Source: an uncultured Gemmatimonadaceae bacterium
GTDB taxonomy: Bacteria; Gemmatimonadota; Gemmatimonadetes; Gemmatimonadales; Gemmatimonadaceae
Reading direction: 5' to 3'
DNA: 64,000 bases
Assembly (NCBI GenBank): GCA_963817955.1
Contig: CAWFQK010000004.1
Span: 704,001-768,000, forward strand
A program made the translations under genes and the position numbers. This document shows, one piece after another, positions 11,677 to 22,031 of this stretch (positions within the stretch are counted from its first letter, which is position 1; each line of letters starts with the position of its first letter). The notes beneath the pieces are model-generated. The model was not told where the DNA came from and made no database searches. It saw only the letters and a program-made list of their open reading frames with translations.

Positions 11677-12102
11677 ATGAGCTCAACCAAGCGAAGCGCC
11701 CTCACACTTGCTGTGCTCGCTGTCGTGGCTGCCGGCCTCGACGCCATTGCTGGTCGCGCCCTCCAAGCCTCGCCGACGCCGAGCATCGTGCTCGGCCTTG
11801 GACTTGTGGCGTGGACCACCCTGCGCCTCACCGTCCTACGACAGCCGAGGGCCGCAATCCTCGGCGGCGTTGCAGCCTGGGTCATCTTCCTCGCCACATA
11901 TTGGCTGGCGGCTTCGAGTCTCGTCGGATGGAATGGCTCGCTGCCATGGCGGCCGCGCGGCGAGTGGCTGCTCGGGTGGACGGCCGCAGCGGTTGCTGTC
12001 GCGGCCGTGGCGCGCGCCACGATGGGCCGCAGCCTCGGCCGCGCTCCCGCTAATACGCGGTCGGCGCGGGAGATCTCGCCCGAAGGTTCACGCCAGGGCT
12101 GA
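11677..12102 (+). CDS. Hypothetical 4-TM membrane protein
   Basis: SD-like AGGAG upstream; hydrophobic segments; second copy at 17336-17744. Confidence 0.6.
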   Translation: MSSTKRSALTLAVLAVVAAGLDAIAGRALQASPTPSIVLGLGLVAWTTLRLTVLRQPRAAILGGVAAWVIFLATYWLAASSLVGWNGSLPWRPRGEWLLGWTAAAVAVAAVARATMGRSLGRAPANTRSAREISPEGSRQG

Positions 12103-12849
12103 GACTCGCAGTTCCCGATCAGGGTTAGTTGTTTGAGGAGCGCGGCTACCAGATAACTTCTGCGGCGTTGTTCGTCTCTGCCTCGCTCAGGTTCTCGAGA
12201 TTGTTGAGATGCAACAACACGCCGCGAGCGTCTGATCCGCGAACAAGGCCCATCAGGTCGCGCATGACTCGGGGGGCGTCAATGAGGATGTCCTTGGGAG
12301 TCACGACCGTCGTGGCTGTTGTTGCGCCGAGCCCGACGCCGACCGACGAACAAGCTGAGTGGCCTGGCCGAAGCGTCGCCGGTTTCGAGAGTGCCCTGGA
12401 AGAACGGTGAGCTTCTGAAGAACGGTGAGCTTCTGAGGTTGTTGAGGTTCCACTCCGTTGGAAGCGGTGGCAGCGATATTGACGACAGGGTTTATAAGGT
12501 GAGTTCGGCGAAAACGTTATAATGGCGGTCTATAAGGTGAAATGCTTGACCAGCAGGCATATAAGCCATTTCCATTATAATGGAAATACGACGTCCAACG
12601 ACGCCATGCCAGGCATCTCCCGACACGCCTCGAACGCCACCCACGGAACCTCGCGCGCGACGTCTGCGGTGTGGATGCCGGATCTGTTACGCGCCGGATA
12701 CCGGCCCCTCGTCTATGGGCACGTAGAAGAACCCCCGGCCCATGCGGGACGCGCGGCCGGGTCGCAGGATCCCGTCAGTTTCCATTGTCGTCAACAACGA
12801 ACCAACGTATGGCACGATCGCCGGTTCGGCATGACCCCGGGCAAGCATG

Positions 12850-13155
12850 TAGGGTGGGTGGGTGGGTGATGATGTTTGACGGGGCAATGCCGCCGATGAA
12901 GCCGCGGGGGGACGTTACGACGAGGGTGTCGCCAACGTGCTCGACGGTGGTCGGCTGCCGCGACAACCAGTCGCGGTGAACGATGCCGTTGATGATTGCC
13001 TCCCGAAGCGCCCGCGGTGGTATGGCGCGTGCCTGTGCCTGGGCAAAGCCCTCCGAGGCGTGCACGAGCCGGTTCCCCGCCTCGCTCGCTTGCTCGACCT
13101 CCGCGATCTGTTGGAGCAGCGGGCCCGCCTTCGGCGGCCAGCCCGGCAAGTACAT
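12850..13155 (-). pseudogene. Fragment of an ATP-binding (RecG-C/HATPase_c_4-type) protein
   Basis: ALREAIINGIVHRDW...TLVVTSPRGF..GI.PSNIITHP motif; truncated at both ends. Confidence 0.7.
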
Positions 13156-13270
13156 CGGCTACATGTTGGGCCACCGGATCGAAGAATCCAAAGGTCATCG
13201 GAAGAATTCCGGCCAGGGGTTATACTTTTGCCCGGAAAGTGTAACTTTTGGCCGTCACTTAGACCTGGGC

Positions 13271-14227
13271 CTACTGGAACGCCTCTTCCAGCAGCCTCAA
13301 CTGCTCCGCGAGTTGCTGTCTGACTGACTCCGGTGCCAGCACCTCTGCCTCCGGCCCATACTGCAACACGTGCCGCATCGCCCAGTGCTCGTCGGCGAGC
13401 GGATGCTCCAGCGTCAGGCTGCCGTCCGGGGCAACGTGCTTCCCTTCCCGCTCCGCGATCCATCCGGCAATACGCGGCGAATAGCGCACAACGAGTGTCT
13501 CGACGCGCTCCGTCTCGAAGAGACGGGTGCCAGTGATGATCTCATCGACTGAATAGTCGGCAGCAAGCTCGAAGGTCTCGTCGGTCTGCGCCACCGACTC
13601 CATCCGGTCGAGGCGGAAGACTCGCAGCGCCTCGCTGGTCTGGCAGAACGCCACCATGTACCACATGCCGCGGGCGAACACGAGGCTGTACGGGCAGACG
13701 ATACGCGATCTCGACGTCGTCGATGCGCCGGCACGATAGCGTATCGCGAGCTTGCGCCGCAGGCGATGGGCGGTCTGAATGGACGCGAGGTGATCGGCAC
13801 CAGCGGCCGAGATCTCCGCGTGCTGTACGCCTTCCAGGCGGTCATTGACCGGCAGTCGCGTGATCGCCTCCCGCAGGCGCTCGAGCGCGCGGTCTACTGC
13901 CGGCCATTCCTCCGGCGTCCGCTCGCGTCGCAGGAGGGCAAGCCCAAGCTCCAATGCGCACAGCTCGCGCATCGTCAGTCGCATTGGTCGCAGGAAGTGC
14001 GTCGTGAATGCACTCAATTCCCTGTCGTCCCACTCGAGGCTCAGGCCGGCGACGAATCCGCTCGGTTCGTCGAAGCGTTCGCCGAGGGAGATCACGTCAT
14101 CCAGCAATGTCTTGCGGGACACGCCCAGTCGTTCCGCAATGTCATCGATGGCGTGGGCCTCGCCGTCCGCGACTTGCGGAATGAGGAGGAGAATGCGATT
14201 GAGCGCGTGCGCGGCGGTGTCGCTCAT
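13271..14227 (-). CDS. PafC-like HTH-WYL-WCX regulator (intact copy)
   Basis: N-terminal wHTH, FLRPMRLT, WYMVAFC...LRVFRLDRM (WYL), HVLQYGPEAEVLAP (WCX). Confidence 0.9.
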   Translation of the reverse strand: MSDTAAHALNRILLLIPQVADGEAHAIDDIAERLGVSRKTLLDDVISLGERFDEPSGFVAGLSLEWDDRELSAFTTHFLRPMRLTMRELCALELGLALLRRERTPEEWPAVDRALERLREAITRLPVNDRLEGVQHAEISAAGADHLASIQTAHRLRRKLAIRYRAGASTTSRSRIVCPYSLVFARGMWYMVAFCQTSEALRVFRLDRMESVAQTDETFELAADYSVDEIITGTRLFETERVETLVVRYSPRIAGWIAEREGKHVAPDGSLTLEHPLADEHWAMRHVLQYGPEAEVLAPESVRQQLAEQLRLLEEAFQ

Positions 14228-14787
14228 GCGTCCACCGGTGAGTCCGCATGTGCGCCCGTCACCGGCGAGCCGAGTGCGGCCGCCGCGATCACCGCGCCGC
14301 TCGAGCCGCGAAACTCCACCGTCACCGAGACGACCTCATTGTCGCCGAGTTCCCACGCGAGTCGGGAGCGAGCGTGCTCGCGGAGCACGAACGATCCCGG
14401 AATCTCGTACTGGGGCACCTCGCGGTCGGGAGCAAGCTGCTTCACCCCCGCTATGCGATTGACGCGGAAGTTGCGCAGTGCCCCGCGATCGACGTCTCGC
14501 GCGACGAGATACCAGTGTGCGTTGAGAAAGAAAAGCCCATAGGGGAAGTCCGCGGTGCGCAGACGATACCGAAAATCCGTGTCGCCGTCCTCTCCTTCGC
14601 TTTCGATGGGCACGCCAAAGGCTTTCAGATCCCGCTTGTCGCGCTCGAACTGGCGCTTGGCGGTCGCCCTCTCCTTTCCATTGTAGGCCGGGACTTCGCG
14701 GGCGATCTCCTCGAAGGTGATGGCGCGCTGACGACCGAGCAGGGCGGCGAGGAGGTCGATCCAGCGTTGCAACTTGGACGATGACAT
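14224..14787 (-). pseudogene. PafB-like WYL protein with two in-frame internal deletions
   Basis: Near-identical to 24219-25325 but 187 aa instead of 368 aa (126-aa and 55-aa segments missing). Confidence 0.85.
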
Positions 14788-14841
14788 GCGCTACGCGGTG
14801 GGGAGCTGGTGCGGCATTGGAAGCCTATTCGAAGGAGAAAC

Positions 14842-15024
14842 TTACCGCTCCTGAGCCTCGAGAATCACGATGTTCCTGAACGTCGGGTGCTGCCGTTGGA
14901 GCTCCGCTTGGATCGCGAGTTCCGACTGACCGTAGACCGTCAAGACGGCCCGATTGACGCGTCGCTGGTCCGAGCCATCGGTCGAGTGCTCATAGATGAC
15001 GCTGAATGTCTGATAGTGCGCCAC
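14842..15024 (-). CDS. Conserved 60-aa hypothetical protein (copy 1)
   Basis: GAGGAGG SD; 59/60 aa identical to 25380-25562, with mostly synonymous differences. Confidence 0.7.
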   Translation of the reverse strand: MAHYQTFSVIYEHSTDGSDQRRVNRAVLTVYGQSELAIQAELQRQHPTFRNIVILEAQER

Positions 15025-15663
15025 TCAAGTCACCTCCTCTGTCCGGGGGAGGTGAGGCCGCACCAACTCCGTGAGTGTTTCCTGGTCTACAATAGATTCC
15101 GACATCAGCCGCTTGGCTATGGCATCCAGGAGTGGGCGGCGCCGCTGTTGCGGCTCGGGGTTGTCTCCGTGAGTATGATTGGCTGAGCAATGCACCGTTT
15201 CGCTTGATGCGTTCCTCCGCTGTATGATGTACGAAGGCCCTGACAGCCGGGCGGCTCGCGGGACGAATCAGCACCAGGAGCCGGACGGTGGCCCTCAGAC
15301 TGTTGAACTACGAGTGGATCGACAGCGCGGTGGCGAGAATAGTCGGCGCGGGTCGGCAAGCGCCGCTGAGCGCGGTCGCGCCGGCGACCGCCCTGTGCAG
15401 GAATAATCGGACTATGCTGCCGATCGGCGCGATGGAAATCCGCGTTCTCCTACCCGCTGGCCTCGGGTACGCGGTCGAAGTGCAGCTTCCCGAGGGAGGA
15501 TTCCACGTGGACCACTTGGCGACGCTACGCATCAAGAGCCCTGGCTTCTGCGCGCCATCCACCAACGAACGCTCATGAGGCCGTCTGAGCCTTCCAACCA
15601 TTTCCGGTTGTCAAGCTGTCCAATCCGTCTGGACATCGGTTGTGCCCTCGGAGTGTGCCGCTT

Positions 15664-16464
15664 ATGCGCGTTTGTCGTACCTTCTCTGGACTGCTGCTCG
15701 GCCTTGCCATGAGCGCGGGCGCTCAAGCGCTCTCCACTCCGGAACTGCCGTTGCCGGCAACCGGCGTTGACTTTTCTGGCGTCGATCAGTTCTGGCGAAT
15801 CCTCGATGTGCTCCAGGCGGACTCGGAACCAGCGGAATCGCAATGGCGCGCACTCCAGCTGACTCCTGGTTATCGGCTCGCGCAGACCGCGATCGGAGAC
15901 GTCGTGCGCGACGAGTTCGAGATCGCCTTTCGCCCCTCGCGGCGGGCAGTGTTCGACAGTCTCGTCAAGCTCGATAACGACCGCGCGCTCGACTTGATGC
16001 ACCTTGCTCGGGCTGCGTCGCTCCGTTCTGAGTTAGTGGCGTTCCGCAATGAGGGAATCGCAGACCTCATCGACAAGCCGTTTCCCTTCTCGTCGCCGAA
16101 TCCGTCGCGCGCTGCCTATGCTGAGCGGTACAACGCAGAATACGCACATGCTCCCGCCACACTTCATGCGCTGGATTCGCTGCTCGCCGTAGTGTCGAAA
16201 GACTCGACCCAGATGGCGTCCGCCGGCCTGCGTGCACGAACGCTCCTCTGGTCCAGCGGACACCCTAATGGCGCCTACATTGCTCGTGAGATCTACGAGA
16301 CCTTCGGTGTGGATTCGCTCTTTCCCGCGATATTCAATCCGGCGGCTTTTCTTCGAACGTACGCCTCGGCGGAGAAGACACGCAGCAAGCCAAGCCCGTT
16401 TTCGCGCAAGGCGACCAGGGTCATCGAGTTGCTGGAACGACGATACTGGGTCCGGAATAAATAG
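15664..16464 (+). CDS. Secreted hypothetical protein, possibly a DUF5700-like peptidase with an internal deletion; putative gene cassette
   Basis: Signal-peptide-like N-terminus, NEGIADLIDK and GHPNG.Y motifs, no HExxH visible; followed by an attC-like site. Confidence 0.5.
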   Translation: MRVCRTFSGLLLGLAMSAGAQALSTPELPLPATGVDFSGVDQFWRILDVLQADSEPAESQWRALQLTPGYRLAQTAIGDVVRDEFEIAFRPSRRAVFDSLVKLDNDRALDLMHLARAASLRSELVAFRNEGIADLIDKPFPFSSPNPSRAAYAERYNAEYAHAPATLHALDSLLAVVSKDSTQMASAGLRARTLLWSSGHPNGAYIAREIYETFGVDSLFPAIFNPAAFLRTYASAEKTRSKPSPFSRKATRVIELLERRYWVRNK

Positions 16465-16491
16465 AGAGACCTTTCGATGTCGCGCTGCGCT

Positions 16492-16588
16492 ATCTAACTG
16501 GTCGTTGCACTTGGCAAACGGCTGAGGAGGTCGCGTGCTCCGCACGCGCTCTTGTTTTATCGCTTGCAAGTGAACTCTGGCGTTCTGC
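16492..16588 (+). other. Integron attC-like recombination site
   Basis: ATCTAAC (R''), GTTgCACTTGgCAA pairing with TTGCAAGTGAAC (two extrahelical bases 6 bp apart), and GTTCTGC (R'). 97 bp, directly after a + strand gene. Confidence 0.65.
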
Positions 16589-16747
16589 CGCAGCCGCACG
16601 ACGTCGCGAGGTCAGCACACGCACCAAGTCGCGCCTCGTTGCGCCCGTCGCGAAGAAGGCTCGGAGCAGCAGATCCACGATGAGACCGGAGGCCAGCCCA
16701 GTCATAACTTCTAGGCGGATGCCTGGGCATCGTCGGACATTCAGTGA

Positions 16748-17035
16748 ATGGCACTCACCTTCGAGTGGGATCCGCGCAAGGATGCTGAGAATCGCAAGAA
16801 ACACGACGTCGCGTTCGATGAAGCGCGGACCGTCTTCGCGGATCCGCTTGGCCGGATTGTCGATGACCCGCGCCACTCGAAGGGCGAGGTCCGGATGACT
16901 CTGCTCGGCCTCTCTGGTCGTCGGCGACTTCTTGCAGTAATGTTCACTGAGCGCGGCGAGGACCGCGTTCGAATCATCAGCGCCCGACGCGCGACGCATC
17001 ATGAACGCCATGACTACGAAGAAGCCCGCCCGTAA
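16748..17035 (+). CDS. brnT: BrnT-family toxin
   Basis: FEWDPRK..N.KKH.V.F.EA..VF.DP...RIISARRA. Confidence 0.92.
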   Translation: MALTFEWDPRKDAENRKKHDVAFDEARTVFADPLGRIVDDPRHSKGEVRMTLLGLSGRRRLLAVMFTERGEDRVRIISARRATHHERHDYEEARP

Positions 17036-17285
17036 GAGCTCTGCCGCCGCTGCGCGTGTCGCCGAAGACGACATGTTGCCGGAGTACGATTTTTCGCGCG
17101 CGCGCCTGAACCCGTACGCGAAGCGACTTGCGCAGGATGCCGTGATGGTTGTCCTTGATCCCGATGTTGCGCGGCTCTTTCCGGACGCGACATCGGTGAA
17201 TGATGCGTTGCGAGCCTTAGGACGCATCGCGGAACGGACGCCCCGCCGGTCACGCTCGAAGCGCCGCACCGCCAACGAACGCTGA
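17010..17285 (+). CDS. BrnA-like antitoxin
   Basis: MLPEYDFS..NPY...LDPDVA..FPD..SVN.ALR; overlaps brnT. Confidence 0.8.
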   Translation: MTTKKPARKSSAAAARVAEDDMLPEYDFSRARLNPYAKRLAQDAVMVVLDPDVARLFPDATSVNDALRALGRIAERTPRRSRSKRRTANER

Positions 17286-17335
17286 AGCTGACGGGCGGTT
17301 TAGCGAGGCTCGAACCTCTATTCGCGACGTCTACC

Positions 17336-17744
17336 ATGAGCTCAACCAAGCGAAGCGCCCTCACACTTGCCGTCCTCGCTGTCGTGGCTGCCGGCCTCGA
17401 CGCCATTGCTGGTCGCGCGCTCCAGGCCTCGCCGACGCCGAGCATCGTGCTCGGCCTTGGACTTGTGGCGTGGGCCACCACGACAGCCCAGGGCCGCAAT
17501 CCTCGGCGGCGTTGCAGCCTGGGTCATCTTCCTCGCCACGTATTGGCTAACGGCTTCGAGTCTCGTCGGATGGAATGGCTCGCTGCCATGGCGGCCGCGC
17601 GGCGAATGGCTGCTCGGGTGGACGGCCGCAGCGGTTGCTGTCGCGGCCGTGGCGCGCGCCGCGATGGGCCGCAGCCTCGGCGGCGCACCCGCTAATGCGC
17701 GGTCGGCGCAGGAGGTCTCGCCCGAAGGTTCACGCCGGGGCTGA
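17336..17744 (+). pseudogene. Frameshifted copy of the membrane protein at 11677-12102
   Basis: Very high identity to 11677-12102, with a short out-of-frame deletion near 17480. Confidence 0.75.
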
Positions 17745-18049
17745 GACTCGCAGTTCCCGATCAGGGTTAGTTGTTTGAGGATCGCGGCTACCATGATCGG
17801 GCGCGCATCATGTTTCGTCGACGGCTCCGAGGCAGCGGGGCACGCTCCGCCCGACTTCGAGACCGCAGCCTGTGAGATGTCCCATAGTTCCCGTAATGAT
17901 TTCTGCGTGTGCGTGGCGCCCGGCGATTGAGTCCCCCATGCCATGAGTTGTTCAACGCGCCCGCGTTCCGAGAGGGTCGCGAGGTGGAGCGCATACCGCT
18001 GTTGAAGCGCCGGCCGAATATCGGCGACAGCGGATTCACGGGCGCCGAG

Positions 18050-19197
18050 TATGCGGTGCACGCCGGGACGAAACCCTTCCGATTTGAAGCTGTGGTTCCA
18101 GCGTTCGAACTTCCCGTTCGACTGCGGATAGTACGGCGAGGTCCGGACGTGCGTCATCTTCGAGAGGCAGATGAATTCTTTGAAGTCCCTCGCGATGAAC
18201 TGCGGGCCATTGTCCGAAATGATCCGCGGTCGCGCGCTCCGGGAACTTCTCTTTCGCCCGTTGCAACGTGAGCTCGACGTCCTGTTCCGTCATCTGGACG
18301 CGGAGCTCCCAGTGGAGGATGTAGCGACTGGCCCCGTCGAGGACCGCACAGAGGTAGTAGAAGGTCCCCCCGATGCGGAGGTGCGTGATGTCCATGTGCC
18401 AATGCTCGTGCGGCGCGAGCGGTTGCTGAAAGCCGTGGCCCTTCTTCGACGGCGTGCGATTCCACGCGCGCAGCACGCCCGCGTCGCGCAACACGCGGTA
18501 CGTGGTCGACGGACTCACCGCCACGATGTCGGCATCGAGCATCATGTAGGTGAGTCGGCGGTAGCCCTCCTCGACATGATCGCCATGGTAGGCCAGCATC
18601 GCCTCCCGCTCCGCTGGCGTCAGCCAGTGATCGCGCGGCACCCAAGCATTGTGTTCGTTCACTTTGCCGTAGCGACTGCGCCAGTCGTAGAACTTGCTGG
18701 TCCCGATGCCGACCCAGCGGATGAAGCGCTCGACGGGAATCTCGGTCCGGCGGCTCCAGTGCCGGACGAAATCCATCACCTGGTCGCGCGTCTCGTGGGA
18801 GACCCATTGCCCGCTCAGCGCTCCCCACGACTGTTTTTTTTTAGCGCGACATGCTCCTCCATCAGCTCCGCCAGCACGGTGTCCTTCGTGCGGAGCCGAT
18901 CCTCGAGGTGGGCGATCCGGCGCTGCGCCTTGAGATCAGGGCGCTCGGGGGCACCATTGCTCCGCTCCAGCGCGGCGGCCCCATTCTCAAAGAGCTGCTT
19001 GAGCCACCGGTAGAAGACGGTGGGCTGGAGCTTGGCCTCGTCGCAGACCGTCGAGACTGGGACCTTGTCGATGAGGTGGCGTCGGAGCAAGGTCATCTTC
19101 TCCGCGGCCGTGAAGTTCTTTCGAGTGCGTTTCATGGGCGTGTCCTCCATGCACAATTCTACGAGGGGGACACTCCAGTTCCAGCTGAGGCATTACA
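18050..19197 (-). mobile_element. IS3-family element (orfA 18815-19156 and orfB), 3'-truncated
   Basis: Left end TGTAATGCCTCAGCTGG at 19197, HTH orfA, A9C slippery site near 18833-18842, and DDE/rve core (WHMDITH, LDGASRY, SPYYPQSNGKFERW). Confidence 0.88.
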
Positions 19198-19361
19198 GTC
19201 GCAGTCGTCCTTCATCGGCCTTTCTTGCCGCATTGTGAGGGCAAATGCTGGTAGGCAATTTCCCTAGAGACGGAAGAAATTCTCAGAAGTCATCGGAATT
19301 AGATTGCGAAGCCGCGGGCATCTCCCACACCGAGCCACCCGTCGCCAGCTAACTGAAGGCG

Positions 19362-19694
19362 TTATGCCGCAGCCGCACGACGTCGCGAGGTCAGCACACG
19401 CGCCAAATCGCGCCTCGTTGCACCCGTCGCGAAGAAGGCTCGGAGCAGCAGATCCAATGAGATACTCGGATCGCCGGCCTCCATCTTCGCCACGCGCGAC
19501 TGGCTCGACCGCAGTTTCTTGGCGAGCGCCGTTTGCGTGACACCCTTCGCTTGCCGCCTTGCCCGTAACGCGCGGCTCACCGCCAGGCGCGTTTCCACGA
19601 GGGCCGATTCCTCAGCCGTCAGCTCGAGAAAGTCTGCCGCGGTTCCCGTCTGCCATCCCGCGGCCTCGAGCCGCTTCCGCTTTTTCGCATCCAT
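19362..19694 (-). CDS. XRE-family HTH antitoxin
   Basis: MDAKKRKRLEAAGW..G...FLEL..EE; TQTALAK.L.SSQSRVAKME. Confidence 0.88.
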   Translation of the reverse strand: MDAKKRKRLEAAGWQTGTAADFLELTAEESALVETRLAVSRALRARRQAKGVTQTALAKKLRSSQSRVAKMEAGDPSISLDLLLRAFFATGATRRDLARVLTSRRRAAAA

Positions 19695-19696
19695 AC

Positions 19697-20053
19697 TCAG
19701 TCCTCTCCTCCCACCGCATCATACTGCGCCAGGCGTCGCTGACAATCCCGAACGATTCGTACGGGCGTTTGCTTCGTCGTCTTCTGAAACACGTCGGCAA
19801 TGACCACGGCATCGCGATCCAGACGGTACACGATGCGCCAGGTCTTCCCCGCATCCACCACGCGGAGCTCATGGCACCGCGCGCCGATGCCCGGCATCGG
19901 CCGCGAGTGCGGCAGGCCAAGCCGTTCGCCCCCCTGCAGGCGGCGCAGCAGCATGCCGGCCTCGACCCGGGCCGCTGCGGAGAACGGCGGAGTCTTCACC
20001 TCACCGCGCAGCCAGAGCAATGGCTTATCGTCGCGCGTCATCACTACGAACAT
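19697..20053 (-). CDS. RelE/ParE-superfamily toxin (Gp49/DUF891-like)
   Basis: KPLLWL.GEVKTPPFS...LPHSRPMP.IG.RCHELRV...WRIVYR...F.KTT.QTP. Confidence 0.88.
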   Translation of the reverse strand: MFVVMTRDDKPLLWLRGEVKTPPFSAAARVEAGMLLRRLQGGERLGLPHSRPMPGIGARCHELRVVDAGKTWRIVYRLDRDAVVIADVFQKTTKQTPVRIVRDCQRRLAQYDAVGGED

Positions 20054-20299
20054 AATGTCCGATACGACATAGCGCCAGAGCGACCGCGACTGCGCCCTCT
20101 AACCCTGCGGGTCGCCGATGGCCAACTCATCAAGCGTGACGACCGGATTGCGGTCACGGCGCCCCATCTGCGCCGGCGAGAAATCGCTCGCAGTGTGACA
20201 GAACACTGCGAGAGCTCTGATTGCCCCTTGGCCTGTTTGCACACCAGGGGAGGAGCAGAGCTGAACGGAACGGATCGCCCAGGAACGGCATCTAAACAC

Positions 20300-20395
20300 A
20301 GTGTTGGAATCACAAGATACGGAACGTGCTCGACCTGGTGCCGACGAAACGCCAAGCCGAAGTCACCGTGCAGCTCCAGCAGATCGCCGCGGCGG
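20300..20395 (+). mobile_element. Internal fragment of the same IS256 as at 25759-27138
   Basis: Near-identical to about 26629-26724; ends where the IS21 end begins. Confidence 0.8.
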
Positions 20396-20752
20396 TGCGT
20401 ATTTCGGCGAAGCTGATCACCCAGTTCGCTCGAAGCTGATCAGTCATTTCGGGCGATGGTGATCACCGTGGTCGATCCTGGAAACGGAAGGTCACGGGAG
20501 TCCGGGTGATGGGGTTAGTCGGCCTGCGTTGTTGAGTTGGTCGGGATACGCCGGAGGGAGGCCCCGGTCAGCTTGATGCGATGCGCGTGATGCACGAGCC
20601 GATCGAGAATCGCATCGCCAAACGTGGGGTCGCCGACCAGATCGTGCCAGTGATCGACGGGAATTTGACTGGTGACCAGCGTGGCGCGTCGGTCGGCTCG
20701 ATCTTCGACGATTTCCAGCATGTCGCGGCGTTCGCGATGCCCAGGGCTGAAA
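20396..20752 (-). mobile_element. istB: IS21-family right end with istB 3' fragment
   Basis: TG-initiated end with repeated GCTGATCA motifs; LEIVEDR..R.ATLVTSQIPVDHWH.LVGDPT..DAILDRLVH.AHRI.L.G.SLR. Confidence 0.85.
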
Positions 20753-21394
20753 GTCCCCCGTCATCCAATTATGTGGAGTTCCACATAATTGGATGACGGA
20801 GGCAAGGCGCCCTAGTCGACGTACGGCGATTCGCAGACAACCCGCAACACGTCCATCCGGAAGCGATTCGGCATCGAGGAGCAGAACGCAGCATTGGCTT
20901 CACGACTTCTCAACGAGGCCGTCGAGGACAAGGCGATTGTCGTCCGGGATCAGAAGGTAAGAAACAAGAGCAGGAGCTACCTGCCGTACTGGGCGGCTCC
21001 CCCGGCGGCCGAGCCTGGCGCGGTTGCTTGATGTGCGACGTTCCATGTGCCGCTATTCAGGTTGCGTGGCATCTGTAACACCATGGTAATCCGCGAGTTA
21101 GAAGCTGGCTTGGTTGTTTGATGGTTGTTTGATTGGACCGGGATGACCCGTTCCCACAGTTGCTCGGCGAGCTCGATTCGCTCCGCCAGGCTCAGATGGC
21201 TGAAGTCGAAGATAGGCCTGGCCCATTTGGAGTCCCTCGCAAACGGCCATGGCAAGAGGCCCTGTTGACGGAGAACGCCCCAGCTCAGCTGCAAAGGGGC
21301 GATATACGAGCGAAACCGCAGGCTTCACAATTCAATAAACCCGCTGTCAGCTGCGGCGTACGCTCGATGGCCGCCACGCGATCGCCGAATGGCG

Positions 21395-21712
21395 TCAGCC
21401 GGCCCGAGAGAGGGGCGCCAACTTCGCGATTTCCTTCGCGTCTTTCGACCGAAGGGCGTGCCAGAGATCCCAATCCGACTGCAGCCCCAGCCAGAAGTCG
21501 GCACTCATGCCGGTGACTCGTGCGAGCCTGAGGGCCGTATCTGGCGTGACGGTACGCTTACCGCGAACAACTTCATTCAACCGGGGGAAGGAGACGCCCA
21601 AGCGAATGGCGAACGCCGACTGCGAGATGCCCAGCGGCTTCAGGAACTCCTCGAGCAACATCTCACCGGGATGAGTGGGCGGGCGCTCGGTGGGAAGTCG
21701 ACGGCGCACCAA
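21395..21712 (-). CDS. higA: HigA addiction-module antitoxin
   Basis: PTHPGEMLLEEFLKPLGISQ...LNEVVRGKR.VTPDTALRL...FWLGLQ. Confidence 0.92.
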   Translation of the reverse strand: MVRRRLPTERPPTHPGEMLLEEFLKPLGISQSAFAIRLGVSFPRLNEVVRGKRTVTPDTALRLARVTGMSADFWLGLQSDWDLWHALRSKDAKEIAKLAPLSRAG

Positions 21713-21737
21713 TGGCCGTGACGCAACGGTCCCGCGG

Positions 21738-22031
21738 CTAGTGGTAGTCTGTGACTTCGACTTCGTCGGCATAACCATCCTCCCAACGGAAACAAAGACG
21801 ATACTGCTGATTGACGCGAATACTGTGCTGGCCGCGCCGCGACCCGTGCAACGCTTCGAGCCGGTTCCCCGGCGGCACGGCGAGCTCACGCAGGTCACGA
21901 ACGCGGTTGAGTTGCGTGAGCTTGCGGCGAACGACGGGCCAGAGTTCCCTCGGACACGCCGCCCGGGCTCGCCGACTATCGACGCCGTTGAAAAGATCCT
22001 CCGTAGCCGCGTCGACGAAAGTGCGTATCAC
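21738..22031 (-). CDS. higB: HigB (plasmid-killer-like) toxin
   Basis: MIRTF.D..TE.LF...PPGNRLEAL.G.R.GQHSIRVNQQYRLCFRW...VEVTDYH. Confidence 0.93.
   Translation of the reverse strand: MIRTFVDAATEDLFNGVDSRRARAACPRELWPVVRRKLTQLNRVRDLRELAVPPGNRLEALHGSRRGQHSIRVNQQYRLCFRWEDGYADEVEVTDYH

Noticed and set aside
12399..12436. 18-bp tandem duplication GAAGAACGGTGAGCTTCT
   Set aside because: Local slippage in a pseudogene fragment; single copy in the paralogous region near 23218.
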